64,000 nucleotides of DNA from an uncultured Chloroflexia bacterium (GTDB lineage Bacteria > Chloroflexota > UBA6077 > JACCZL01), in NCBI GenBank assembly GCA_963765765.1, contig CAVXYC010000020.1, positions 672,001 to 736,000 of the forward strand, in the 5' to 3' direction. The position numbers and the translations under genes were made by a program. The notes beneath the pieces were generated by a model. The model had not been told where the DNA came from. It ran no database searches and worked only from the letters and a program-made list of their open reading frames with translations. Below, piece by piece: positions 40,981-51,963 of this stretch (the first letter of the stretch is position 1; each line of letters opens with the position of its first letter).

Positions 40981-41114
40981 AGGCGAACGCAGATTCGATA
41001 GCCGTAGAGCTCTCCTGAGGGCGCCTCACCACTGAAGATAAACATCCGCGAACTCAGTGTGGACCGACGGTGGGACAGGCGTCTCGATGAAAAGCCGGTG
41101 GCTATCTTAAAAAC

Positions 41115-41219
41115 AGCGGGCCCTGTCATCTTGAGCCGCGGCGAAAGATCTATCCATCCGGGATCTTGGAATCCGGTGGGGCAAACCTATCGCCGCGGCT
41201 CAAGATGACAAGGCCCGCT
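41115..41219. repeat. 30-bp inverted repeat (TGTCATC...GATGACA family) between convergent genes
   Basis: AGCGGGCCCTGTCATCTTGAGCCGCGGCGA / TCGCCGCGGCTCAAGATGACAAGGCCCGCT (1 mismatch). Confidence 0.88.
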
Positions 41220-41257
41220 CTACGACTATCTGGGTCGTTCAGCGACGTGCTGCAAAG

Positions 41258-42346
41258 CTATCCCTCGAAGCGCCCGGTTACCTCCTGGCGACCACCGTTC
41301 AGCTCAAACGCTTCCTCGCGGAAGAGCCCCAGCGCCTTGTGGATGGGCGAGTCCTGGATAGAGAACAGGACTACATCTTCATCGCCATCGTTGCCGTGCT
41401 CGTGCCAGGCCCACTGGGGGATTACGAGGTAGTCGCCGCGCTGCCATTCGAAGCGCTGTCCATTGATCACCGAGTATCCGCTTCCCTGATGTACGTGATA
41501 GACAACACTATTCGTGTGGCGATGCGCGAGCGTGTGGGAGCCCGGCGCAAACGACTGGATCCAACAATCGATTGTCGGCAGCACTGGCCCGCCAGTGTGC
41601 GGATGCAAGTACTGTAGAGCGATGCCGTCGTAGGGACTGCCCTCCACACCACGCATCGACCGGAGCGCCTGCTCTGTCTGAGTCCAGGGATACACGAGTA
41701 ACGGCGAGTATTCGACTTGCGGCCGCGCCCAGGTCGGCTGGAGTGAGCCCGAGCCAAACAGCGTCAGTGAATTGTTGTCAGGCCGGGTGGTGGGAAAACC
41801 CACCTCTTTCCACGGCTGGAAGAATACTGAGTTGAGCGAGCGGACGAACGGCACATCAAGGCCATCCATCCAGATCACGCGGTGATCGGTATCGTTACCG
41901 TGATCGTGCCAGGAGAAGTTCGGCGTCAACACCAGGTCACCGGGCATCATGATGCAACGCTCGCCATCCACCGCCGAGTAAGCCCCTTCCCCTTCCATGA
42001 TGAAGCGGATTGCAGAGGGGCTGTGGCGGTGCGCGGGAGCACGCTCCGCCGGGAGAAGCAGCTGCACCGCGGCAACGAGCGTATCAGTGGTAGCCCATTC
42101 GCCGCCCAAACCGGGATTGGCAAGCTGTAGCGCCCGTCGCTCTCCACCGCGCTCAATCGGGACCAGCTCACCCGATCGCTCCAGGAGAGGCTCCAGCTCC
42201 GTCCAGCGCCAGATGTGCGGGACGATGCGCGTCGTCGGCTCAGGCGTCATCAGACTCGCAATCTTCCACAGCGGAAGCGCGTTTGCCTGAGCGAGATCAT
42301 CGTACAGCTGTTCTTCAAGCACCGTCTCGTCAACGTGAATGGCCAT
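41258..42346 (-). CDS. Gentisate 1,2-dioxygenase-like bicupin
   Basis: ERRALQLANPGL, APAHRHSPSAIRF, LTPNFSWHDHGN, WMDGLDVP, HRHT. Confidence 0.9.
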   Translation of the reverse strand: MAIHVDETVLEEQLYDDLAQANALPLWKIASLMTPEPTTRIVPHIWRWTELEPLLERSGELVPIERGGERRALQLANPGLGGEWATTDTLVAAVQLLLPAERAPAHRHSPSAIRFIMEGEGAYSAVDGERCIMMPGDLVLTPNFSWHDHGNDTDHRVIWMDGLDVPFVRSLNSVFFQPWKEVGFPTTRPDNNSLTLFGSGSLQPTWARPQVEYSPLLVYPWTQTEQALRSMRGVEGSPYDGIALQYLHPHTGGPVLPTIDCWIQSFAPGSHTLAHRHTNSVVYHVHQGSGYSVINGQRFEWQRGDYLVIPQWAWHEHGNDGDEDVVLFSIQDSPIHKALGLFREEAFELNGGRQEVTGRFEG

Positions 42347-42639
42347 CAGTGTCTCCTTCACGGCCGCCCCGCCCAACCCCGCGGATCAAGCGCATGGGCA
42401 CCCTGAGATTATAGGTGCGCTGTAATCAATCAGAAACGGATCTGGCGTAATTTCGGACAGGACTCGATGGTACAACCGCCGCCATCAGCGCGCGGCAAGC
42501 GATCGGGGACCGCTCATCGGGATCGGCTTCGCATGCGGCGTCCTTACAGTGGTCGCGACGTCGAGTCCTCTCCCGCTGGCAAACATTCCTGCCCACGGGA
42601 TCGGGTTCCTCGTTGCGGCAGCGCTGACAAAAGCATTCT

Positions 42640-42889
42640 CCGAACAGACCCAGGAGCTCATGCACTCGTGGAGCAAGGCGTCATGGGTCGAATCCGAGGG
42701 CTGGTCCCTATCTTTCTTCCGCTCATCCTGAGTGCAATCGACCGCGCCGATACGTTTGGAAGGGTGCTCGAGATTCGCGGTATCGCGCGGAGGCGCTTTC
42801 GTCCTGAGTTTCCTCCACTGAGTCGCTCGCCCTGGGCGCTTCTGGGTCTCGCGGCGATCACGCTCATCTCGGTTGCGCTATTTCCATGA
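42640..42889 (+). pseudogene. C-terminal remnant of an ECF transporter T component
   Basis: LVPIFLPLILSAIDRADTFGRVLEIRG; no N-terminal part. Confidence 0.55.
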
Positions 42890-44516
42890 CGCAATACCAC
42901 GCCAGCACAGACCCGGACGTCGTCGGCGCCGGTCCTAATGGCCTCACCGCGGCAGCCGCGCTTGCGCAAGCGGGGTTGAGCGTCGTGGTGCTGGAAGCGA
43001 ATGACACCGTTGGCGGCGCGGTCCGCTACGTCCAGGCAACATGTCTGGGTTTCCTGCACGATCTCTTCTCAGGTTTCTATCCGCTCTTTCCCGTGGGACC
43101 AATCGGGCGGCTACCACTCTCCTCGTACGGACTGGAATGGCGACAGTTCAACACACCCTTTGCGGAGGAACACCTGCCGGCCAGGGCGTCGCCGTCCATC
43201 GCGAGCTACATCGCAGTATCGAGTCATTTGAGCGGGGCTCCGCCGAGGGATGGCGCCGCATATCATCCGCTGTGGCAATTGTGGCAACGTGGAGGTCCAG
43301 CGGTTCTCGACTTTCTCTTCAATCCTCTGGTCTCACCGACGCCAGTGCTTTCGGCGCGCCGCCTGGGCTCGATGGCTCGCATGCTGGAGTTTGCTCAGGT
43401 AAGTTTGTCTCCGGCGCTCGCCATGGTTGAGCGATTCTTCCGCGGTGAAGACGTGCGTGTCTGGTACATCGGTAGTCCGCTCCATTCGGACCTTGGTCCA
43501 GGCGATGCGGGAGGCGGGCTCTATGGATTAGTGATGATGGGCCTAGTGCAGCAAGTGGGTATGCCGATCCCGCTCGGAGGCGCCCAATCGATCAGCGATG
43601 CCCTGGTCCGAATGATTGTGAGTCTGGGTGGGCAGATTCTGCTGAATCACCGGGTGGACCGGATCGTGAGTACGCGGTGACCGAGCCGAGGCGGTTATAT
43701 CTCGAGACTTAGGGGATCCGCGCTCGCGACGCAGTGCTGGCTACGATCCCGCCCACCCAGATTTTGGTCCGCTTATCAAGCCGTCACTGTTGCTATCAGG
43801 TTTCATGCATGCCGTGGAGCGGTTTCGCTGGGGAACCGGCGTGTTCAAATTCGACGTGGGACTGAGCGCGCTCCCGCGTTTACTGGAGAACACTTGAATG
43901 GAGCCGGCGTGCTCCACCTCGGGCGAACGACCGCGGAACTAACATCTGCCACCGCGGAGGTGGCGGCGGGACTGCTTCCCGTCGCCACCTCCGCTCATCG
44001 CCGGAATCCACACGCTTGCCGACCTAACACGCGCTCCAGACGGGTGTCACACGCTCTGGATTGAGACACACGTGCCTTCCAGGCCCAGGGGTGATGCTGC
44101 ACAGCAGCTGAACGACTGTGGCTGGAGCAATGCCCGCGGAAGCGTTTCGCGGAGCGGATCATCGATGAGCTCTCGCTCTACGCACCTGACGCTCGCTCGT
44201 GCATCCCGGACTATCACGCGCAGACGCCCGAGGACCTGGAAGCATCGAACACGAATCTCGTGGGGGCGACATAGCTGGCGGCAGCTTCACAATTGACCAG
44301 CAATTGGTCTTCCGACCGGTGCCGGGCTGGTTTTGACACGCCATGCCAATCAAGCGTCTCTATTTAGGTGGCGCCTCAACGCATCCCGGCGGAGGCGTCC
44401 ACGGCGCAGCAGGAGCGAACGCGGCGCGCGTGCTACTGGAGGGTCTGAAATGGCGGTCCGTGGTGGAATCGGTGAGAAGCGGCGAGGAGCATGTGCTGGG
44501 TTGGCTGCGGCGCTAG
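42886..44516 (+). pseudogene. Phytoene dehydrogenase-like FAD oxidoreductase pseudogene
   Basis: VVGAGPNGL..LEANDTVGG; C-terminal [16 protein letters not shown]; several frameshifts plus an in-frame TGA near 44334. Confidence 0.85.
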
Positions 44517-44594
44517 GACGTCTTAGCGAAGTACACGGTGCTGAAATGGATGTTGCGGACCCCTCACCCCCAAAAACCTAATTATTAAGATTCC

Positions 44595-44624
44595 TTTACA
44601 AACGGCTGTTTAGATAGGTATAGT
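44595..44624 (+). promoter_or_regulatory. Putative sigma-70 promoter
   Basis: TTTACA-N18-TATAGT preceded by an AT-rich UP-like tract. Confidence 0.5.
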
Positions 44625-44728
44625 GCGGTGGAGTTGCGACGGCAGGGCGTCGCACGACAGAGGAAGAGCAGGGTCCACGGTGCAGTCGTTCGGGTTGGAC
44701 GACAGCGATCCGGCGGTCCAACCCCCGA

Positions 44729-45634
44729 ATGCGATTACTGCTTCACACGCGATCTTTTGCGTCAATCGTTGCGGCCATTACCCTCGTGCTTCTCGCCGAG
44801 CCGCTGGAGGGAGCACGAGCGGCATTTGCCCCGGGCATCGCGGAGCCGCTGAACGGCATCGCTCCCCGATCGGCTCAGGCCAGCGTCGCCGCGGCTCTAC
44901 CACCCATTGCGGTCCATGTCGCTTCCAGCCTCGATCAGTCCCGCCCCGCGCCGGTTCTCGTGGTGTTGCATGGATTCGGCTCAAGCGGTCAGGAAATGAT
45001 TGCTCCATTTGTGGCGGAGGCTGAGCGGCTTGGATGGATCGTCGTTGCGCCGACCTTCAACTACCGAGATTGGACCGATCCCGAGCAAGTGCGGCTCGAC
45101 GAAGCCGAGCTTATTCCAGCCATTCGTGGGATGATAGAGACGCTGCCGGCAAAAGTAGGAACGCGCGTCGAATCTCGCGCCCTGATTTTTGGCTTTTCTC
45201 GCGGGGCTCAGCTTGGACATCGCTTCGCCTTCTTTTATCCAGAAAGCGTCCGTGGAGTCGTCACCGTAGGCGCCGGAACGTATACCCTTCCGCGAACGCA
45301 GGTGCAGACCGAACGAGGCAACCAGACGCTGGTCTTCCCCTATGGCATCAGCGACCTGGCAAATTACACCGGCCGTCAGTTCGACCCAGCGTCGCTTCAA
45401 CGCATCCCGTTCTTGATCACCGTCGGCGCGACCGATAACCGCCGAACCGACGTTCCCCGTCAATGGGACGCTATTGAGGGGACAACGCGGGTAGAGCGGG
45501 CCCAAACGTTCGTCACGGCACTCAATGACATTGGTGTCCGCGCTGAGCTTCGGGTCGTTCCACACACGGATCACGAAGTGACATCGATTATCCGTCAGCT
45601 CGGATGCGATTTTCTTCATCGCTCTCCGGGCTGA
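44729..45634 (+). CDS. Secreted alpha/beta hydrolase / esterase
   Basis: Signal peptide; VVLHG, FGFSRGAQ, VGATD, C-terminal His. Confidence 0.85.
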   Translation: MRLLLHTRSFASIVAAITLVLLAEPLEGARAAFAPGIAEPLNGIAPRSAQASVAAALPPIAVHVASSLDQSRPAPVLVVLHGFGSSGQEMIAPFVAEAERLGWIVVAPTFNYRDWTDPEQVRLDEAELIPAIRGMIETLPAKVGTRVESRALIFGFSRGAQLGHRFAFFYPESVRGVVTVGAGTYTLPRTQVQTERGNQTLVFPYGISDLANYTGRQFDPASLQRIPFLITVGATDNRRTDVPRQWDAIEGTTRVERAQTFVTALNDIGVRAELRVVPHTDHEVTSIIRQLGCDFLHRSPG

Positions 45635-45660
45635 CGCCATCCCGATTGGTCCACACGCAG

Positions 45661-46200
45661 GTGACTCAGGCCGAGCATCGACGGATTACCACTGAGCGCC
45701 TCGACATTGTCCAGCTATCGGTTTCCGACGTCGAGGCGCTGATCGACGGGACACATCATCAGGTAGAGCGACTGCTAAACGCCTCCTTTCCAAAGCCATT
45801 CGTACCGCCGCCGTTAATGGATGATGCATTACCGTTCGTCTGCGACTGGCTCCGCGATCATCCCAATGGTTATTGGTGGAAGCCCTGGTTTTTCGCAGAG
45901 CGCGAGCGGCGCATGATTGCCGGGTCGGCCGGCTTCAGCGGACCAAGTGAGTCCGGTGCGCTCCAGCTCGGCTATGCCGTTTACCCCGAATACCAGAAGC
46001 TTGGCTATGCCACCGAGACTGCCCGAGCCCTGATCCAGGAGGCCTGGACAGACGCCAGCATCACTGCCGTGCAAGCAACAATTCCACCGTGGCACGCGGA
46101 CTCGATCCGCGTGGCCGAGAAGCTGGGCATGACCGCGGTGGGCGAGACCACCGACGACGAGGTAGGCAAGATCATCGTCTACGAGATTACGCGCGCTTAG
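45661..46200 (+). CDS. GNAT N-acetyltransferase (RimJ/RimL type)
   Basis: TERL, LGYAVYPEYQKLGYATE, SIRVAEKLGM. Confidence 0.88.
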   Translation: MTQAEHRRITTERLDIVQLSVSDVEALIDGTHHQVERLLNASFPKPFVPPPLMDDALPFVCDWLRDHPNGYWWKPWFFAERERRMIAGSAGFSGPSESGALQLGYAVYPEYQKLGYATETARALIQEAWTDASITAVQATIPPWHADSIRVAEKLGMTAVGETTDDEVGKIIVYEITRA

Positions 46201-46284
46201 CTCCCGCGGGCCCCTGGTGTGACCCACCTGGCACCTGGTTTCTGTACCCAAAGGTACTGTCAGTGTCATTTGGTATCCTGAGGC

Positions 46285-48330
46285 ATGAGTCTCGACACCC
46301 TCTGCATCAACGCGATCCGGGTTCTCGCCATCGACGCGGTCCAGCAGGCTAACTCTGGGCACCCGGGTCTCCCGTTAGACGCGGCACCTATGAGTTACGT
46401 GTTGTGGACTCGATTTTTGCGCCACAACCCCCGCGATCCCCATTGGCCTGACCGCGACCGGTTCGTCTTCTCCCCCGGCCACGGCTCCGCACTGCTTTAC
46501 AGCTTGCTACACCTGACTGGCTACGACCTTTCGCTCGATGAGCTCAAACGCTTCCGCCAGTGGGGAGCGCTTACTCCGGGGCATCCCGAATACGGGGAAA
46601 CGCCGGGCGTCGATGCGACAACGGGCCCACTTGGCCAGGGCTTTGCGAACGGGATTGGGATGGCCATCGCCGAAGCGCACCTGGCAGCCACCTACAATCG
46701 TCCCGGCCATATTCTCTTCGACCATTACACCTACGGCCTGGCCTCAGACGGCGACTTGATGGAGGGCATCTCCGGTGAGGCCGCTAGCCTGGCGGGTCAC
46801 CTTGGTCTGGGCAAGGTCATTTACCTGTATGACGACAACACGGTCTCCTTGTCCGGCTCAACGAACCTTAATTTCCGAGAGGACGTCCCTGGGCGGTTTC
46901 GCGCATATGGCTGGCACGTTGGAGAGGTCGTCAACGGGAACGATCTTTCTGCCATCGAACGAGCGCTCAACGAAGCGCGCGCCGAAACCGACAAGCCTTC
47001 CCTCATTGTCGTGAAGACCACCATCGGCTTCGGCAGCCCCAATAAGGCGGGCACCTTTGAGGTGCATGGCTCGCCACTGGGTCCCGATGAAGTGCTGGCT
47101 ACGAAGAAAGCGCTGGGCTGGCCTCTCGAGGAGCCGTTCGCCGTGCCCGAGGAGGCCGTGGTAGAGCTACGGAAATCGGTCGACCGCGGCCTCGCATGGC
47201 AGGCTGAATGGGAATCCCAGCTTGAAGCCTATGCCGACGCCTTCCCAGATCTACATGCGCGGCTCATGCGGACGCTGGCCGGTGAGCTGCCGGACCAGTG
47301 GGACGCGGATCTGCCAGCTTTCACACCTGAGGACGGACCGGTCGCCACGCGTGTTTCGTCTGGCGCAGTCCTTAATGCGATCGCGCAACGTCTGCCTGAG
47401 CTCATCGGCGGCTCGGCCGATCTCAATCCATCGACAAACACCGCACTTAAAGGTGCCGGTGATTTTCAGGGGAGCGATGTTCCAGAAGCCGACCGCCAGG
47501 GAGCGGTGGGTGGAGACTGGAGCTACGCGGGGCGCAATCTACACTTCGGAGTGCGCGAACATGCCATGGGCGCCATCGTCAATGGCATTGCCTACCACGG
47601 CGGTCTGATCCCGTTCAGCGCAACCTTCCTGACATTCTCGGACTACATGCGCGCACCGATACGCCTAGCGTCCATGAGTCACCTGGGGTCCATCTTCGTG
47701 TTCACGCATGACAGCATTGGCCTGGGTGAGGACGGACCGACGCACCAACCGGTTGAGCAAGTGGCCTCACTCCGAGCGATTCCTGACCTCGTATTGCTGC
47801 GGCCTGCCGACGCCAACGAAACGCGCGAATCTTGGCGGATTGCCATTGAGCGACGTTCGGCGCCCACAATTTTGATTTTCACTCGTCAGGCTCTTCCGAT
47901 CTTCAATAGGTCAAAACTTGGCTCCGAACGCGGAACCGAGCGAGGTGCCTATGTCCTGGCCGATCCTGATGCTGGCTCACCTGAGCTCATTCTGATCGGT
48001 ACGGGCTCCGAGGTCTCGCTGGCGTATGAAGCGTGGGGGAAGCTCTCGGCAGAGGGCATCAAAGCGAGACTGGTCAGTATGCCAAGCTGGGAGCTATTCG
48101 AAGCGCAGTCACAAGGCTATCGTGATGAGGTCCTTCCGCCCAGTATCCGGGCTCGGCTTGCCGTAGAAGCAGGCGTGTCGCAAGGCTGGGCTCGCTGGGT
48201 GGGCGATGGCGGTGACACCGTGACGCTGGACCGATTCGGCGCCTCCGCGCCGTACAAGGTTGTCTTCGAGCACCTCGGTTTTACAGTCGACAACGTGGTC
48301 GCCAAGGCGAAGACGCTACTCGCGAGATAA
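46285..48330 (+). CDS. tkt: Transketolase
   Basis: [40 protein letters not shown]. Confidence 0.98.
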   Translation: MSLDTLCINAIRVLAIDAVQQANSGHPGLPLDAAPMSYVLWTRFLRHNPRDPHWPDRDRFVFSPGHGSALLYSLLHLTGYDLSLDELKRFRQWGALTPGHPEYGETPGVDATTGPLGQGFANGIGMAIAEAHLAATYNRPGHILFDHYTYGLASDGDLMEGISGEAASLAGHLGLGKVIYLYDDNTVSLSGSTNLNFREDVPGRFRAYGWHVGEVVNGNDLSAIERALNEARAETDKPSLIVVKTTIGFGSPNKAGTFEVHGSPLGPDEVLATKKALGWPLEEPFAVPEEAVVELRKSVDRGLAWQAEWESQLEAYADAFPDLHARLMRTLAGELPDQWDADLPAFTPEDGPVATRVSSGAVLNAIAQRLPELIGGSADLNPSTNTALKGAGDFQGSDVPEADRQGAVGGDWSYAGRNLHFGVREHAMGAIVNGIAYHGGLIPFSATFLTFSDYMRAPIRLASMSHLGSIFVFTHDSIGLGEDGPTHQPVEQVASLRAIPDLVLLRPADANETRESWRIAIERRSAPTILIFTRQALPIFNRSKLGSERGTERGAYVLADPDAGSPELILIGTGSEVSLAYEAWGKLSAEGIKARLVSMPSWELFEAQSQGYRDEVLPPSIRARLAVEAGVSQGWARWVGDGGDTVTLDRFGASAPYKVVFEHLGFTVDNVVAKAKTLLAR

Positions 48331-48361
48331 TGACGTCACTGGCGCTTCACGCCTGTAATGT

Positions 48362-49861
48362 CTACAGCGTCAAGCCTCGTCGCAGATACAGTTTCCAACC
48401 AATGTCGTACGTCTTAACCAGGTCGTAGTTCCCTTCGCCCATCCAGCGAACGAAACCAGAGAGCTTGGCCATTCGGTTGGGCGCAGTGACGATCACTTTT
48501 GGCTGATATTCCTGAACCGAGCTAATGGCCAGTGCATCGGTAAAGGATCCCGCATCGATTCGCGTTCCCGAAGTGTCGACGAGCTTGGGTGGCACCATGC
48601 GCCGAGCACGGAATGCCGCATTCGGGTTGTCTGTCAGAACAAACTCGTCCGGCAGGCTGAGGCGCCCCATGATCTCCGCAATCTCGATCTCCGAGCGAAT
48701 GTCGCGACGGTTCTCGGCCACGCGGCCAGCCTCGTGAAGCATAAAAATGTCCACTCGCCAGACTCGTTGAAGGTCGCCGATATAGCTCAGGCTGGCCACC
48801 ACACCAAGAACGCCGATGACGGTCATATTCAATCGGCGATTTGCAATGAGACCCTTGATCGCGAGGACGGTATGCCCGATGCCGATACCTGCGAGAAGCG
48901 TGAGTGGGAATGTCAGATAAACGACATGCTTGTCAGCCAGATCGTCATAGGCGAGAAAGAGCGCCGCGACGGCGACGGGCCATAAGACGAGCGGAAGGAT
49001 CGTACGCGGCATCCGAAGCGCCTGCAGAGCACCCAAGAAGGCCAGAGCAGCGATCGCAAGCCGCTCTCGTGCGAGCACGCCGAATGTCAGTCGCCAGTTC
49101 TCCGCGGCATCACTTCCGAGACTGTGGCTGGCCCCACCGCGGTACGCCGCCAAATCCTCGTACACACCAGACGGCCCAAGAGCGGCAATTACGGTCCCAG
49201 TCACGATAAGGCCAGCGGCGACAAACGCAGCCAGGCCCTTCAACGAGATCGGGCTGCGAAGCAGGATGAGTAGGCCCACCGGGAGGCAGACCGCTAGCAC
49301 CATCGGCTTGATCAGGACTCCGAGCGACAGCAGCACCCCAGCTCCCACGCTCCAGCGCAGCGCTCCAGTCTGCTGATAGCGAAGCGCCGCACCGATCGCC
49401 ACGATTGATGGAGCGAGTGAGGGTGTTTCCGCCAGTGCCAGCCGCGAGCTTTCGAGGAACGCGGGGCTCAGCGCCAGAAGCGCAAGTGTCGCGACACCTG
49501 CAACCGAACCAGCCGCTAGTCGGGCTGTCCAGCAGGCTCCGATCATTGCGACGACGGAGGTCACGACGACCCCGAGACGAATGGCTTCCAGCGTCTGTCC
49601 AAATGCAAGATAGAATGGAAACAGCAGGTCCAAGAGCAGCGGTCCCTGTGAAGCAAATATCTCCCGAAACGGTCGGAAACCCGCCGCCATGAGAAGCATT
49701 TGCTCGGACCGAATACCCTCGTCAAACGAGCCCGTATAAATGCCGATGTTCTCGAGCCTCAACCAGACGGCAAGAGCGAACGCGGCTACCAACGCGGCGA
49801 TCTCCCCGATGAGAAACAACCTGTGATTGCCTGTGCGTTCGCTGATGGCGGCGACGGTCAT
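48362..49861 (-). CDS. GT-C glycosyltransferase (ArnT/PMT family), paralog 1, short form
   Basis: FDEGIR..GFRPFREIFASQGPLLLDL; ~11 TMs; IKP motif. Confidence 0.85.
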   Translation of the reverse strand: MTVAAISERTGNHRLFLIGEIAALVAAFALAVWLRLENIGIYTGSFDEGIRSEQMLLMAAGFRPFREIFASQGPLLLDLLFPFYLAFGQTLEAIRLGVVVTSVVAMIGACWTARLAAGSVAGVATLALLALSPAFLESSRLALAETPSLAPSIVAIGAALRYQQTGALRWSVGAGVLLSLGVLIKPMVLAVCLPVGLLILLRSPISLKGLAAFVAAGLIVTGTVIAALGPSGVYEDLAAYRGGASHSLGSDAAENWRLTFGVLARERLAIAALAFLGALQALRMPRTILPLVLWPVAVAALFLAYDDLADKHVVYLTFPLTLLAGIGIGHTVLAIKGLIANRRLNMTVIGVLGVVASLSYIGDLQRVWRVDIFMLHEAGRVAENRRDIRSEIEIAEIMGRLSLPDEFVLTDNPNAAFRARRMVPPKLVDTSGTRIDAGSFTDALAISSVQEYQPKVIVTAPNRMAKLSGFVRWMGEGNYDLVKTYDIGWKLYLRRGLTL

Positions 49862-49919
49862 GATTGGCTAACCAGAGTCTCTGGGGCGCGAAGCGCTTTA
49901 GTCAGCGATGACGACACAC

Positions 49920-51902
49920 TCAATCGTGCTTCGCTGGCACGGTGATGGAGCCAATGACCAGTCGGCTTCCGTCGAGTACTCGAGACGACGGATGAGATGC
50001 GCGGTTTAGCGTCACGCCAGACGGTCCATTGCGTGGATGGATGAGCTGAACGGTGAGATAATAGGTCCCCGGCGCCGTTCCCGCCTCAGGCGTGAGCATG
50101 GCGCTACGCAAGAGCCAGCGCCCAGGTTGCCAGGCCGGGCCTCGATCCAGCCCGTCCAGGTCTAGCTGCTGAGCAGCCCAGACCTGTCCATCGGCACCTT
50201 CCATCGCCACGATCATGTTGTAATCAGACGTCACGGATTCCGTTGCGTCCCAGAGGAGCGTCGTCGCGAAGCCGACTCCGGGAGCTTGCCTCATCGGCGC
50301 TCACCCGAGCGCCCGCCAGCCGAAGATCTCGTCCAAACGATGCTTCAACCTGTATCGGCAAGTCTGCAAGAGCGGCCGAACGGAGTGGCGCGAGGTTCAC
50401 ATCTTTCCGAACGTAGATGCTGCGGTCCTTGCCATCGCGGCCTTTGAGCACCCGTGGACCCAGAACGTGCACGGTCTGATATCGGTCCTCAACCCACTGG
50501 GTGAACGTCGTCAAACGGCGAAATCGGTCCGACCAGAAGAGCACCGTGTCAACGTCTCGCGACGTTGCGCTGTCGATAGCGATCTCGCTCGTCAGCACGC
50601 CGGCACGGAAGCGTCCCTTGGAGGGGTCCACCATCTCAGGCGGCACCATCCGATCGGCCAGATACGGTAGGTACGGATGGTCGCTAAGCACGAACCGCTC
50701 AGGATTCACCGCTGCGCGGAGCGTAGCTGCCACCTCGCGATCGTAAACGTGGAGATCTGGGTCCACGTCATCGTCCACCAGCGTCGTCCCGCGAGCCACG
50801 GCTGCCGGTGCCGCCGTCAAGTCCACAACCGCTAGACACAAAAGCGCACTCGCGCCCAGCAGGGCCGCTACACGCGCCAGGCCCTTTCCTGGTGTGGTCA
50901 ATAGCGCGCCGATCCCGACCGCGCCCCCGAGTACGAGCGGCGGCACAAGGTAAACCTGATGCTTCGGATGCAGCGATGAGTAGGACAACATCACGGCATA
51001 CGTACTCAGGAGGAACAATCCAACGGCGATGCCTCGTCGCCCGAGTAGCATCGCCGCCGCTGCCCCCAACCACCCAAGGGCAGTCAGCTCAGGACGAGCC
51101 TTGAACGGCTCGATCGCGACCTCATCGAGGTTTTTCATCAGATCGACACTGTCATTCGCTCGATCTCCCACCCGATAGGCAACGATCTGCTGATAGACGT
51201 CCACCGGCCCCAGAAGCAGCACGAGCAGCGCCGAGATACCAAGCCCCACACCCACGTAGAGCGCCACGTCGCGCCAAGGGACGCCCTTCCTCAGGAGCAC
51301 TGCCGCGGTCACCGGAATCACTGCGCCGACGATCATGGGCTTGATAAGTACCCCAACCGCCAGCAGGATCGCCGCGCCTGTGAGCCACACTCGACTACCG
51401 GAACGCTGATACATCACCCCGCTCCGAGTGCGACTACCACGGGCGTGATCGACGGCACCTCTGCCAATGCCAATCGCGATGCTTCCAGGTAGAGCGGACT
51501 GGCCACCAGGAGGACTGCCGCCAGAATGCCCGCGATCGGCCCGACGATGACCCGAGCAGTCCAATAGCAGCCTGCTATACCCGCCAGCGAGATGACACCC
51601 ACCGCGAGCCGTGCGGCTCCCAGTGTTCCGCCAAACGCCACATAGAGCGGGTAAATGACATCTAACAGTAGTGGCCCCTGGGACGCGTAGATATCCCGGA
51701 ACGGCCGGAATCCGTGGCGCATCAACAGAAGCTGCTCGGCTCGAATTCCTTCATCGAAGAGATCCGGAAAATTGCTCCGCGCGCCCTCTAAATCAAAGAT
51801 GCGCAGGCTCAGCGCAAATCCGAGAATGAGAAGGAGGAGAAGAGCCTCAGCCGCTATAGCTACTAAGCGGACTGACGATCGGGAAACCGCCAGGCCGCCC
51901 AC
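49920..51902 (-). CDS. GT-C glycosyltransferase (ArnT/PMT family), paralog 2; frameshifts near 51425 and 50280
   Basis: Same FDEGIR/QGPLLLD motif; three ORF pieces collinear with paralogs 3 and 4. Confidence 0.82.
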
Positions 51903-51963
51903 GCTCGCCGCATGCTGCCGGGCGGATCCGGGCCGAGCGTCGTTGATGCGGTGGATGACTGAC

